Source of the DNA: an uncultured bacterium
Lineage (GTDB): Bacteria > UBP7 > UBA6624
Reading direction: 5' to 3'
Assembly (NCBI GenBank): GCA_964012435.1
Contig: CAXGSM010000004.1
Location: 453 to 64,452, forward strand
DNA length: 64,000 nt
Below, in pieces: positions 1 through 8,959 of the stretch (position 1 is the stretch's first letter; each line of letters begins with the position of its first letter). Both the position numbers and the translations under genes were made by a program. Under the pieces are notes generated by a model. It was not told the DNA's origin. It saw only the letters and a list, made by a program, of their open reading frames with translations, and did not search any database.

Positions 1-1491
1 TATCTTTGATATGTTTGGATTTTGGTTTTCAACTACTTCAGGTACATTTGAAAGCGATACGCCAACCTTGTACATATTCACAAGTATGCCTTTTGCAAAA
101 CCTTCTGTATTTGTTTCTATTGAATTGTTTTTTTGGTCAATTAGCTTTATCGATGCAAAGGATGCAGGGTTTTCAAAAAGGTCATTTGAGACTGACCTCC
201 AAGAGTATTTAGAGCTTGTGCTTGAGCCCACATTGTTAAGGTGTGTTGAAAAACCCATTTTCATCCCATCAAAAGGGTTTACATTTAGGTCAGACCATGG
301 GATTGATGACTCAACAATATATCCTTCCTCACTTTGCCTTACGATAATTTTTGCATTGGTTTTTGTGTTGGAGACATCAAGTTTGGCTAAATCTTCCATG
401 ATCAAAGAGTAGTATGAGTCGTTTGAGTCATACTCAGATCCTCTCTCTCTTTTTGAGTCAATGAAAAAATCAATACCATCAAGCTCGGTTACGTTACTGT
501 CTGTTATTTTGTGAAGGATGTATAAAGATTCATTGTCCCATAACATTTTGAAAGCACCTTCAATTTCATTTTCTCCATATATGAGATTGTCTATCTTTAG
601 GTATTCTTCAGAGAACCATGATTCGTCAATCTGGCCATCTATATTTATTTTTTTATTTGAAAAGTTAATATCTGCCTGCGGTTCTAAAGGTACTGTTTTT
701 TTAACTTCTTCTTTTGCTGCGCTCTCTTCTCCAACCCTCAGGTCGAAAAAAGTGGTTACCGTTGTTTTCTGCTTTTTGTTGAGTGATATTTTTGCAATGT
801 AGTTTATTTTCTCTCCCCATTCATATGAAGATGTGGATATTTGTTCAAGCGTATAAGGTGCATTTGTGCTGAAGCCGTTTGTGTCTAAGATTGATTGGAT
901 TGGTGTTTCAAGTTCCACTTTTGTATTCTGGGCATTTTGAACCTCAAAAATCCTCTTCAAGGCAAGCGATCCTGATTTTGCAACAACCATTTCAGGTCTT
1001 TCCAAAATCTTTATAACCCCAGATTCAGAATTGTTGATTTCATAACTTAACACAACAGCATTGTCAAGCAACGAATAACCCTTAAAGGAAAAATCTTCAT
1101 CTTCAATCTTTTTGCCATCTAAATACCAAACATTGTCATCTTCCAATCCGTTTATGTAAGAAGAACCTTGACTGGTGGGCTGAGGTCCATGAGAGGTCGT
1201 GTACACAGCTCCATTGAAATCCACGCCGCCATACCAAGCTTTATAGATGCTTCCGTATTGGGTGTCATATGCCACCCATAACCTGTCATTCAACGCAATC
1301 GTTATCATTCTTGGTTTTTCATTCAGAACAGATCTGAAAACCCATGGATCTCTAGGTCTTTCTGTTGGTTTTGCAGCTTTTGCAAGTGATGCAAGCTGAT
1401 TGTCGTTTATTGTTTTTTGGTTTTTTGAACCTTGATAGATTAGAAAAAGGGCAATGATAGCCGTTATTCCAATCAGTATTTTTTTATTCAT
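1..1491 (-). CDS. Secreted/anchored hypothetical protein with CBM9-like carbohydrate-binding domain (partial; C-terminus lies beyond the left edge)
   Basis: Minus-strand frame is open from ATG at 1491 to position 1. It is absent from the ORF track because it has no in-window stop. My translation starts MNKKILIGITAIIALFLIYQG (signal/anchor). It contains INIDGQIDESWF..MLWDNESLYILHKITD..DGIDFFID..GYIVESSIPWSDL, which resembles CBM9-like domains. The start overlaps the stop of the upstream gene by 8 nt. Confidence 0.6.
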   Translation of the reverse strand, partial: MNKKILIGITAIIALFLIYQGSKNQKTINDNQLASLAKAAKPTERPRDPWVFRSVLNEKPRMITIALNDRLWVAYDTQYGSIYKAWYGGVDFNGAVYTTSHGPQPTSQGSSYINGLEDDNVWYLDGKKIEDEDFSFKGYSLLDNAVVLSYEINNSESGVIKILERPEMVVAKSGSLALKRIFEVQNAQNTKVELETPIQSILDTNGFSTNAPYTLEQISTSSYEWGEKINYIAKISLNKKQKTTVTTFFDLRVGEESAAKEEVKKTVPLEPQADINFSNKKINIDGQIDESWFSEEYLKIDNLIYGENEIEGAFKMLWDNESLYILHKITDSNVTELDGIDFFIDSKRERGSEYDSNDSYYSLIMEDLAKLDVSNTKTNAKIIVRQSEEGYIVESSIPWSDLNVNPFDGMKMGFSTHLNNVGSSTSSKYSWRSVSNDLFENPASFASIKLIDQKNNSIETNTEGFAKGILVNMYKVGVSLSNVPEVVENQNPNISKI

Positions 1492-2386
1492 TATTTTCTC
1501 CTTTTTTTAAACTGGGGAAAGGTTTGGAGTCCCAACCCCATTCAGGTTTTATAGTTATGTTTAAATGACGGAAAACAGTTGGTGCAACAGCTGTCATACC
1601 AGGTCCTTTTTCGAATGTCTTGACAGGCATTCCCGCTCCAGAGCTAATGAAAAATATGGTTCTTTCATCAATCGATTGTCCTCCATGTCCATAATTGATT
1701 CCTCCATGATCCGTAGTAACGACAATCAACCAATCCTCTTTTTCTTTTTTTCTGATTTCATCCAATACAAGACCAATCAGCCTATCTGTTTTTTCAATTG
1801 AATCTATGTATTTAGGATAATCATTACCATAGTTGTAAGCATGTCCAGCATGATCCACATCGTCAAAATGTAGAAAAACAACATCTGATTTGCCTGCTTT
1901 TATGCTTTTTGCTCCCATTTCAGAAACATATTCATCACTTCCATTTCCAAATTCATCAGCATCTGAAAGGATATGTGTGTGTATTGGTGTCCACTGCACA
2001 AATGATACTAGTTGTAAGTTTGGATTAAATTCCTTTATTCTTTTGAAAAAATGCGGATATTCTTTATAGTTGTTGTTTTTAAAACTGTTGTCTGTAACTC
2101 CATGTTTGTCGGTCCATACTGCAGTTAGTATTGATGACCATCCAGGTCCGCTTGACGTGACCTGTTCAGTTTTAGTTCCAATTTCACCGCCAGCATAAGC
2201 ATTGAATGATACTGATCCATTTTCTATAAGAAAGTCTATATTTGGGGTTTTTGCATAAATCATTGAATCTGGTCTTAATCCATCTATACCAATGACAAGC
2301 GCTTTTTTTTCTTTAGGGAGGTCATGTGAAAAGTATTTTTCTAAATTTGGTGCTATAAGTAAAAATAATCCAAATAATACATTCAT
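1484..2386 (-). CDS. Nucleotide pyrophosphatase/phosphodiesterase (alkaline phosphatase superfamily, NPP type)
   Basis: ORF track 1484..2428. Motifs GIDGLRPD, HFDDVDHAGH and TTDHGG(x4)HGG are typical of type I phosphodiesterase/NPP. Start trimmed to ATG 2386 (MNVLFGLFLLIAP, signal-like) with a GGTGG Shine-Dalgarno 7 nt upstream. Confidence 0.8.
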   Translation of the reverse strand: MNVLFGLFLLIAPNLEKYFSHDLPKEKKALVIGIDGLRPDSMIYAKTPNIDFLIENGSVSFNAYAGGEIGTKTEQVTSSGPGWSSILTAVWTDKHGVTDNSFKNNNYKEYPHFFKRIKEFNPNLQLVSFVQWTPIHTHILSDADEFGNGSDEYVSEMGAKSIKAGKSDVVFLHFDDVDHAGHAYNYGNDYPKYIDSIEKTDRLIGLVLDEIRKKEKEDWLIVVTTDHGGINYGHGGQSIDERTIFFISSGAGMPVKTFEKGPGMTAVAPTVFRHLNITIKPEWGWDSKPFPSLKKGENNE

Positions 2387-2413
2387 AACTGTTCCACCTT
2401 TTCTTTCTTTGAA

Positions 2414-2444
2414 AGAAATCATAACCATATATTGTTATGATTCT
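2414..2444. promoter_or_regulatory. Inverted repeat in divergent promoter region (candidate operator)
   Basis: AGAAATCATAAC-catatatt-GTTATGATTCT. The core is a perfect 9-bp pair, AATCATAAC/GTTATGATT (2417-2425 and 2434-2442). It lies in the 62-nt gap between the two divergent starts 2386 and 2449. Confidence 0.35.
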
Positions 2445-2448
2445 GGTT

Positions 2449-3387
2449 ATGGAATATCGTAATTTGGGTCAATCAGGTTTAAAAGTTTCTGCTGTGTCTT
2501 TGGGTGGCTGGTTAACCCAAGGTGGTTCTGTTGATGATAAAACAGCAATTGAATGCGTTCATTTTGCGTTTGAAAATGGTATCAATTTTTTTGATACTGC
2601 TGACGTGTACTCTCAAGGTAAATCAGAATTTGTTTTAGGAAGAGCGATAGCTGAAATGAAAAGAAGTGACCTTGTAATATCAAGCAAGGTTTTTGGAACA
2701 ATGTCTGAAAATGTAAATGATAGGGGTCTGAGCAGAAAGCACATTATTGAATCTTGTGAAAGATCACTTGAGCGATTAGGTACGGATTATTTGGATATTT
2801 ATTTTTGTCATCGTTATGACGATGAGACACCGCTCGAAGAGACGGTTAGGGCAATGAGTGATCTTGTCAGCAGTGGGATGGTTCATTATTGGGGTACTAG
2901 CGTTTGGACTTCTACCCAAATGAGGGATGCATGTGCTCTTGCAGAAAAATTTCATGGATATGCTCCACAGGTTGAGCAGCCTCATTACAACATGCTGGAA
3001 AGAGACATAGAAGAGGATCAAATGCTGACCGCTTCCGATCTTGGTATGGGTCTGACTGTATGGAGTCCCTTGGCTGGCGGAATGCTTACTGGAAAATACA
3101 ATTCAACATCGGTTCCAAAAGGCACAAGAGCAGAGTCCACTGAATTTTTGAACCCATACATGAATGAAGAAACTTTTGAAAAGATAAGAAAGCTTGAACC
3201 AATTGCAAAGGACCTTGATTGCAGCTTGTCACAATTGGCTTTGTCTTGGATATTGCGAAAGAAAGAAGTAAGCAGTGCCATTGTTGGAGCAACCAAGCTT
3301 GAGCAGCTTAAAGAGAATATTTCTAATATTATTTTTGATTTGCCAAAAGATTCAATTGAAAAAATAGCTTCTATTCTTGGTAAATAG
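2449..3387 (+). CDS. Aldo/keto reductase (Kv-beta/Tas-like family)
   Basis: MEYRNLGQSGLKVSAVSLGGW N-terminus, DTADVY, and YLDIYFCHRYD are typical AKR motifs. Start trimmed from 2437 to the consensus-like MEYRNLG. Confidence 0.85.
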   Translation: MEYRNLGQSGLKVSAVSLGGWLTQGGSVDDKTAIECVHFAFENGINFFDTADVYSQGKSEFVLGRAIAEMKRSDLVISSKVFGTMSENVNDRGLSRKHIIESCERSLERLGTDYLDIYFCHRYDDETPLEETVRAMSDLVSSGMVHYWGTSVWTSTQMRDACALAEKFHGYAPQVEQPHYNMLERDIEEDQMLTASDLGMGLTVWSPLAGGMLTGKYNSTSVPKGTRAESTEFLNPYMNEETFEKIRKLEPIAKDLDCSLSQLALSWILRKKEVSSAIVGATKLEQLKENISNIIFDLPKDSIEKIASILGK

Positions 3388-3424
3388 ATTCTTTACTCTT
3401 TGTACTTATTTAAAAAGATTAGAA

Positions 3425-3456
3425 TTAACTTTTTAGAAAGTTGTTTAACTTTTTAG
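3425..3456. repeat. 12-bp perfect direct repeat TTAACTTTTTAG x2, spaced 20 bp, just upstream of ileS
   Basis: Copies at 3425-3436 and 3445-3456. The second copy runs into the AGGGG Shine-Dalgarno of ileS. Confidence 0.5.
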
Positions 3457-3467
3457 GGGTTTGTATT

Positions 3468-6296
3468 TTGAAAAATTGGAAAGAGACATTGATATTGCCG
3501 GAAACGGATTTCCCTATGCGTGCAGGTTTGGCTAAACAAGAACCAGGATGGCTTGATTTTTGGAAGGGTATAAATCTTTATTCAAGAAGGCAGGAGTTGA
3601 GAAAAGATTCACAATCTTTTGTGCTTCATGATGGCCCCCCATATGCAAATGGAGATATCCATATGGGTACAGCAATGAACAAAATCCTTAAGGATATAGT
3701 GACGAGATATAAGTGGATACAGGGTTATTCAGTTCCATTTGTTCCTGGATGGGATTGTCACGGCCTCCCCGTAGAGCATAGAGTTATAAAGAACCTTGGT
3801 GGAAGGATTCCTGAAGAGATGACTATTTCTAAATTCAGGATGAAATGCTATTACCTTGCTATGAAATATATGGAAAGGCAGAAGGGTCAATTTGAAAGGT
3901 TAGGTGTTTTGGGCGAATGGGATAATCCTTATTTAACAACTGATCCACAATATGAAGCTGGTGTTTTAGAAACTTTTAGATTGATGTTGTCAAAAGGTTT
4001 GATTGAAAGGTCTTCAAAGCCAGTGCATTGGAGCTGGGCTGCTGAATCTGCTTTAGCTGAAGCAGAACTTGAATATGAGGACAAAGAAGATCATTCAATC
4101 GTGGTCTCTTTTAGGGTTTTAGATTCAAGCATTCCAGCTTCTTTAAAGAAAAAATTGTCTGGAAATTTGAATTTATTGATATGGACAACGACCCCTTGGA
4201 CATTGCCTAGCAATGTTGCTGTAGCGATTAGCGAAAAGGAAGATTACGGAGTTTACCCTTATGGTAAAAGCTTTGTTGTCTTAGCATCAAAACTTGAATC
4301 AAGCTGGAACGATAAGATCAAGTTAGGCAAAGCTATAACCACCCTTAAAGGAAAAGATTTACTTTCCTTAAGTTATGAATTGCCATTTGTTGACTCTGAA
4401 GGCAAGGTTGTTTCAATGGATTATGTCAGCATGGAAGATGGGACTGGTTTAGTGCACACTGCACCAGGCCATGGTCCTGATGATTTTTTAGCAGCCTTGA
4501 AGTGGAAACTTAAAATAGTTTGCCCTGTTGATTCAAAGGGAAATTACTTTAATGAGGAAGCTTTTAAGGAGGAGTTAGGTGTCAAAGCTTTAAGAAAAGA
4601 GCTTTTGGATTTGTGTGGAATAAATATTTTTGACGCGCAAGAAAGAATACTTGCTTATCTAAAAGAAAATAATACTTTGCTTTGGTCTGGAATGATTTCC
4701 CACAGTGTTGCTCATTGCTGGAGAACAAAGAAGCCCATTATCTTTAGAGCCACTCCGCAGTGGTTTGTAAAGATGGACAACAAGCTTTCGTCAGAAAGTT
4801 TAAGAGACAAGGTTCTTGATTTGGTTTCAAAGGGTAAATGGGTTCCTGAGTGGGGCCAAACAAGAATGAACAATATGATTGACGGTAGACCTGATTGGTG
4901 CATCAGCAGACAGAGGAAGTGGGGAATAGCTATTCCTGCATTTGAAGATCCTGAAACTGGTGATGTTTTATGTACTTCTGAAATAGTTAAGCATATTGTT
5001 GATTTGGTTTCAGACAAAGGTAGTGGTATATGGTTTGAAGATGAGTATGATTGCCAAAAGCTTGCTCCAGACACTTTAAGGCCAAAAAAATTCCAAGGAA
5101 AAAAATTAAAAAAACTTAACGACATATTTGATGTGTGGTTTGAGTCTGGCTCAAGCCACAGGTCGGTTGTTATGTCAAGAGGATTAAATTATCCAGCAGA
5201 TTTGTATTTAGAGGGTGATGATCAATACAGAGGGTGGTTTCAGCTTTCGATAATACCTGCAGTATCAGGAACGGAATCTTTACCATTTAAAGATTGTCTT
5301 ACACATGCTTTTGTTGTTGATGAAAAAGGTTTAAAGATGAGCAAGAGTGTAGGTAATGTTGTTGACCCAATTAAGGTTTGCAATGATTTGGGTGCAGATA
5401 TACTCAGGCTTTGGTCAGTAAGTGCTGATTTTTCATCGCCCGTTAAGGCTGGAAAAGATGTTTTGGTTAAGGTAAGTGGGAGATACAGGAAAATCAGAAA
5501 TACAATCAGATTCCTTCTCGGAATCCTGAATGGTTTTGAACATTCAGACGATGTCGTTCTAAACGATTATGACAAATGGGCTTTAGCAACTTTTTTTGAA
5601 AGAGAGGATAGATGGTCTGCATTGCTGGAAAATTATGACCTTCATGGTTTTTCAGAGGATTTTGGACTGTTTATAGGTGAGCTTTCTTCTGGTTATTTAA
5701 ATGCGATTAAAGATAGAGTTTATGCCGATAGGGATGAAAGTAATTCTAGAAAATCTGCGCTTACTGTTAGTTCGATTTTGTTAAAGAGGATATTGGTTTG
5801 GATATCTCCAATTTTGCCATTCACAACAGAAGAATCATGGCATTCATGGAAAAATAAACCAACATCTGAGTCTTCTATCCATCTTGTAAATCTTGATTCA
5901 AACGATAAGCATTTTGCTAAATTTCAATCAAATACATATATAAATGAGGTTGTTTTTAAAATAGCAAAAGAAGTGCAAAAAGCAATTGAAACTGCCAAGG
6001 AGAAAGAGGTTATAGCACAACCTTTGGAATCTTGGATAACATGCTATGTTAACGAAGAGGAAAGAGAAGCTCTTTTAGAAAGTAAACCTTACTTGAATGG
6101 AATATTTAATGTAAGTGGTGTAGATGTTGGTTTGTTGGATGATTATCGTGACGAAATTCATCCCTTTTCAAGCAAGCAAGAGAATATGGTTATTTCTGTT
6201 TCGAAGTCTCATTTTGAAAAATGTCCCAGATGTTGGCTTTTCGTTAAGGAAAATGAGTCTAATGAAATTTGTAATCGGTGTATTAAGGCCATTTAA
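3468..6296 (+). CDS. ileS: Isoleucyl-tRNA synthetase (type 1, C-terminal Zn finger)
   Basis: PPYANGDIHMGT (HIGH), KMSKS, and C-terminal CPRCW..CNRC. Probable TTG start at 3468 (LKNWKETLILPETDFPMRAGL matches the usual IleRS N-terminus) with AGGGG 7 nt upstream. The ORF track extends to 3441. Confidence 0.95.
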   Translation: MKNWKETLILPETDFPMRAGLAKQEPGWLDFWKGINLYSRRQELRKDSQSFVLHDGPPYANGDIHMGTAMNKILKDIVTRYKWIQGYSVPFVPGWDCHGLPVEHRVIKNLGGRIPEEMTISKFRMKCYYLAMKYMERQKGQFERLGVLGEWDNPYLTTDPQYEAGVLETFRLMLSKGLIERSSKPVHWSWAAESALAEAELEYEDKEDHSIVVSFRVLDSSIPASLKKKLSGNLNLLIWTTTPWTLPSNVAVAISEKEDYGVYPYGKSFVVLASKLESSWNDKIKLGKAITTLKGKDLLSLSYELPFVDSEGKVVSMDYVSMEDGTGLVHTAPGHGPDDFLAALKWKLKIVCPVDSKGNYFNEEAFKEELGVKALRKELLDLCGINIFDAQERILAYLKENNTLLWSGMISHSVAHCWRTKKPIIFRATPQWFVKMDNKLSSESLRDKVLDLVSKGKWVPEWGQTRMNNMIDGRPDWCISRQRKWGIAIPAFEDPETGDVLCTSEIVKHIVDLVSDKGSGIWFEDEYDCQKLAPDTLRPKKFQGKKLKKLNDIFDVWFESGSSHRSVVMSRGLNYPADLYLEGDDQYRGWFQLSIIPAVSGTESLPFKDCLTHAFVVDEKGLKMSKSVGNVVDPIKVCNDLGADILRLWSVSADFSSPVKAGKDVLVKVSGRYRKIRNTIRFLLGILNGFEHSDDVVLNDYDKWALATFFEREDRWSALLENYDLHGFSEDFGLFIGELSSGYLNAIKDRVYADRDESNSRKSALTVSSILLKRILVWISPILPFTTEESWHSWKNKPTSESSIHLVNLDSNDKHFAKFQSNTYINEVVFKIAKEVQKAIETAKEKEVIAQPLESWITCYVNEEEREALLESKPYLNGIFNVSGVDVGLLDDYRDEIHPFSSKQENMVISVSKSHFEKCPRCWLFVKENESNEICNRCIKAI

Positions 6297-6381
6297 GCTA
6301 TAAAAACCGATTTTGATCACCGCTTGAATTAAAACTTGTAATATAATGGGAAATTGTGTACACATTTTTTGGAGGTAGGTT

Positions 6382-6753
6382 ATGCCGACTATTAGTCAGC
6401 TAGTTAGAAAAGATAGAAAAAGATTAAAGAGACGTTCTGGAGCTCCTTTGTTAGGTGGAAATCCTTTCAAGAGGGGGGTTGTTTTGCGTGTCATGACAGT
6501 CACTCCGAAAAAGCCCAATTCTGCTTTGAGAAAAGTTTGCAGAGTTAGGCTTTCGAATGGCGCAGAGCTGACAGCTTATATACCTGGAGAAGGTCACAAC
6601 CTGCAAGAGCATCATATAGTTCTTGTTAGAGGTGGGAGACCAAAGGATTTGCCTGGTGTTAGGTACAAAATCATAAGAGGAACAAGAGATACCGAAGGTG
6701 TTGCTAAAAGAAAAAGTAGCAGAAGCCTTTATGGGGCCAAGAAGGAATCATGA
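6382..6753 (+). CDS. rpsL: 30S ribosomal protein S12
   Basis: [31 protein letters not shown] Shine-Dalgarno at 6371-6375. Confidence 0.97.
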   Translation: MPTISQLVRKDRKRLKRRSGAPLLGGNPFKRGVVLRVMTVTPKKPNSALRKVCRVRLSNGAELTAYIPGEGHNLQEHHIVLVRGGRPKDLPGVRYKIIRGTRDTEGVAKRKSSRSLYGAKKES

Positions 6754-7214
6754 GAAAAAATCAAGCTGTCGTAAGGGATGTTCCGTTGGATACTGTTTAT
6801 CAAAATCGTGATGTATCCAGAATAATCAGGAAAGTAATGAAAGGCGGAAAGATGTCTGTTGCTGAAAGGCTTGTTTATGCAGCATTGAATAAAGTTCAGA
6901 AAGTAACAGAGCAAGACCCTATGAATGTTTTAATGAAAGCAGTCAAGAATATAACTCCCGAAGTCGAGGTTAAAAGCAAAAGGATTGGAGGTGCTAACCT
7001 TCAAGTTCCTGTTGAGGTGAGGCCAAGAAGGCAAAAGTCACTAGCTATAAGATGGCTGGTTACTTATGCTAGGTCCAGAAGAGAAAGGGGCTTTGCTGAA
7101 AAGCTTGCACAGGAGATTGTTGATGCTTATCATGAGCGTGGTGGAGCATACAAAAAGAAAACTGATGTTTTGAGGATGGCTGAAGCAAACAGAACGTTTG
7201 CCAGCTTTGGTTAA
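6750..7214 (+). CDS. rpsG: 30S ribosomal protein S7
   Basis: 154 aa. [13 protein letters not shown] and C-terminal [15 protein letters not shown] overlap with rpsL. Confidence 0.96.
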   Translation: MRKNQAVVRDVPLDTVYQNRDVSRIIRKVMKGGKMSVAERLVYAALNKVQKVTEQDPMNVLMKAVKNITPEVEVKSKRIGGANLQVPVEVRPRRQKSLAIRWLVTYARSRRERGFAEKLAQEIVDAYHERGGAYKKKTDVLRMAEANRTFASFG

Positions 7215-7216
7215 TT

Positions 7217-7534
7217 ATGGTTGTTAAAGGAGAAAATTCATTGAAATTGGTTTTAAGGTCTTATGACTATAGGCTTTTAGATCATTGGGCAGGTGAGCTT
7301 GCAAGAATGGCTAAAACTAAAAACATAACTGTTAGTGGGCCTGTTCCGTTTCCCACTAGGAAGAAAATTTTTACAATTTTAAGAGGTGTTCATGTTGACA
7401 AGGATTCAAGAGAGCAGTTCGAATTAAGAATTCACAAGAGACTTGTTATATTCAGTGATTATGTGCAGGATGATTTATCAGAAATAGTTAATATGCGTTT
7501 TCCTGAGGGGATACATGTGAGTGTGAAAAGATGA
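7217..7534 (+). CDS. rpsJ: 30S ribosomal protein S10
   Basis: GPVPFPTRKKIFTILRGVHVDKDSREQFELRIHKRL is the S10 core. It starts 2 nt after the rpsG stop. Confidence 0.95.
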   Translation: MVVKGENSLKLVLRSYDYRLLDHWAGELARMAKTKNITVSGPVPFPTRKKIFTILRGVHVDKDSREQFELRIHKRLVIFSDYVQDDLSEIVNMRFPEGIHVSVKR

Positions 7535-8343
7535 AAACTTCAAGATTGTTTGTGGTTGGAAGAAAGATGGGTATGACTACCATAAATACAGATTCTGGCT
7601 CAAGGCATGGAGTTACATTATTAGAAATTTTACCTTCCAAGGTTATCTCAAAGAAGACAATTGATTCGGATGGTTATGAGGCGGTTCAGGTTGGTTATGA
7701 ATCTTGTCCTTCAACAAAATTAAGCAAACCTGCTTTAGGGCATCAGCAAAAAGCTATAAGCGATTCAGATATTGCTTATAAAAGTTTAACTGAGGTTCAG
7801 GTTGAAGATTCATCATCTTTTGATTTAGGTCAAGATGTTTCTAGTTATTTGCATATAGGTGAAAAGGTTACAGTTATTGGAAGGTCAAAAGGTAAAGGTT
7901 TTACTGGAGTTATGAAAAGACATAATTTTAAAGGTGGAGCAAGTTCGCATGGTGCTAGGGGTGTTTCAAGAAGACCTCTGTCAGCTGGTGCTATGGGTCC
8001 TGCTAGAATTTTTCCAGGACAAAAAATGCCTGGAAGGTATGGCAACTTTGTCAATGTTCAAAGAAATTCTGAGGTTATTGATTGGGATATGGATAATGGC
8101 ATAGTTGCAATAGAGGGATCAGTCCCTGGTGGAAGAGGATCTTTGGTCAGAATATATCCTCAACAAGAATTGCCATCCGATGTGGAGGATCCAACTTTAA
8201 AAATAGAAGAAAGTAAAGAAGAAAGCAAGACAGCTGAAGACACAAAGGCGGTAGAGGTTAAAGAAGAAAGCAAGACAGCTGAAGACACAAAGGCGGTAGA
8301 GGTTAAAGAAGAAAGCAAGGAGAAGAAGAAGGATGCCAATTAA
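7531..8343 (+). CDS. rplC: 50S ribosomal protein L3 with about 58-aa charged C-terminal extension
   Basis: GRKMGMTT, FKGGASSHG and FPGQKMPGRYG are L3 signatures. 270 aa versus about 210 typical. The tail is ELPSDVEDPTLKIEESKEESKTAEDTKAVEVKEESKTAEDTKAVEVKEESKEKKKDAN. Confidence 0.95.
   Translation: MKTSRLFVVGRKMGMTTINTDSGSRHGVTLLEILPSKVISKKTIDSDGYEAVQVGYESCPSTKLSKPALGHQQKAISDSDIAYKSLTEVQVEDSSSFDLGQDVSSYLHIGEKVTVIGRSKGKGFTGVMKRHNFKGGASSHGARGVSRRPLSAGAMGPARIFPGQKMPGRYGNFVNVQRNSEVIDWDMDNGIVAIEGSVPGGRGSLVRIYPQQELPSDVEDPTLKIEESKEESKTAEDTKAVEVKEESKTAEDTKAVEVKEESKEKKKDAN
8218..8319 (+). repeat. Perfect 45-bp tandem repeat (2 full copies plus 12 nt) inside the rplC 3' extension
   Basis: GAAGAAAGCAAGACAGCTGAAGACACAAAGGCGGTAGAGGTTAAA at 8218-8262 and 8263-8307, identical. 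The first 12 nt repeat again at 8308-8319. It encodes EESKTAEDTKAVEVK twice. Confidence 0.95.
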
Positions 8344-8959
8344 ATCAGCACTGTATGATAAGGCCGGTAAAGAGCTGAAAAAAATAACTCTTCCAAAAGG
8401 TATTTTTGATGTTGCTTGGAACCCTTCTCTTGTTAGTTTGGCTTATCGTGTTCAAGTTAATAATGGAAAAGACCTGGCTGGTTCTTCAAAAAACAGATCT
8501 GACGTAAGGGCTTCAACAAGAAAACTTTATAGACAAAAAGGTACAGGTAACGCAAGAGCTGGAGCCAGGACTGCAGGGCAGAGAGTAGGTGGAGGAACTA
8601 TACATGGTCCTCAACCTCGAAATCCAGTATTAAAAATAAATAAAAAAGCAGGAAAAAAAGCCTTGATGTCAGCTTTAAGCAAGAAGCTTTCTGACGGCGA
8701 GGTTAAATTTGTTGAAATTCCAAAATGGAAAAATGTATCTGTCAAGAATGCACTTTCTCTTTTGGGTAAAAATGGATTAGAAGGCAAAACCTTAGTTTTG
8801 CATAATGAAAAAAAAGATATTGCAAATTCTTCTTTCAGGAATGTGAAAAATGTTAGGTTCTATGGTGGGGAAAGAGTTAATATTGGAGATTTACTAAGAT
8901 ACAAAAATGTACTTATATCTTCTGAAGCATTGAAGAAAATTGAGGAGATTTGGAAATGA
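8333..8959 (+). CDS. rplD: 50S ribosomal protein L4
   Basis: YRQKGTGNARAG..GGGTIHGP L4 signature. Overlaps the rplC tail by 11 nt. Confidence 0.95.
   Translation: MPIKSALYDKAGKELKKITLPKGIFDVAWNPSLVSLAYRVQVNNGKDLAGSSKNRSDVRASTRKLYRQKGTGNARAGARTAGQRVGGGTIHGPQPRNPVLKINKKAGKKALMSALSKKLSDGEVKFVEIPKWKNVSVKNALSLLGKNGLEGKTLVLHNEKKDIANSSFRNVKNVRFYGGERVNIGDLLRYKNVLISSEALKKIEEIWK

Noticed and set aside
6-802. Three + strand ORFs from the track (68, 133 and 94 aa) at the left edge
   Set aside because: They lie antisense to a long uninterrupted minus-strand frame (1-1491) that has a signal peptide and a recognisable CBM9-like domain. They are hydrophobic or low-complexity shadow ORFs.
4712-5125. 137-aa antisense ORF within ileS
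   Set aside because: It is embedded opposite a well-conserved part of IleRS and is a shadow ORF.
6297-6381. Canonical sigma-70 promoter for the ribosomal super-operon
   Set aside because: A TATAAT is present at 6342-6347. The nearest -35-like hexamers are TTGAAT at 6324-6329 and TTGATC at 6313-6318, giving spacers of 12 and 23 nt. I cannot call a convincing promoter. A 10-bp palindrome TGTGTACACA (6355-6364) in the leader is noted but is too short to interpret.
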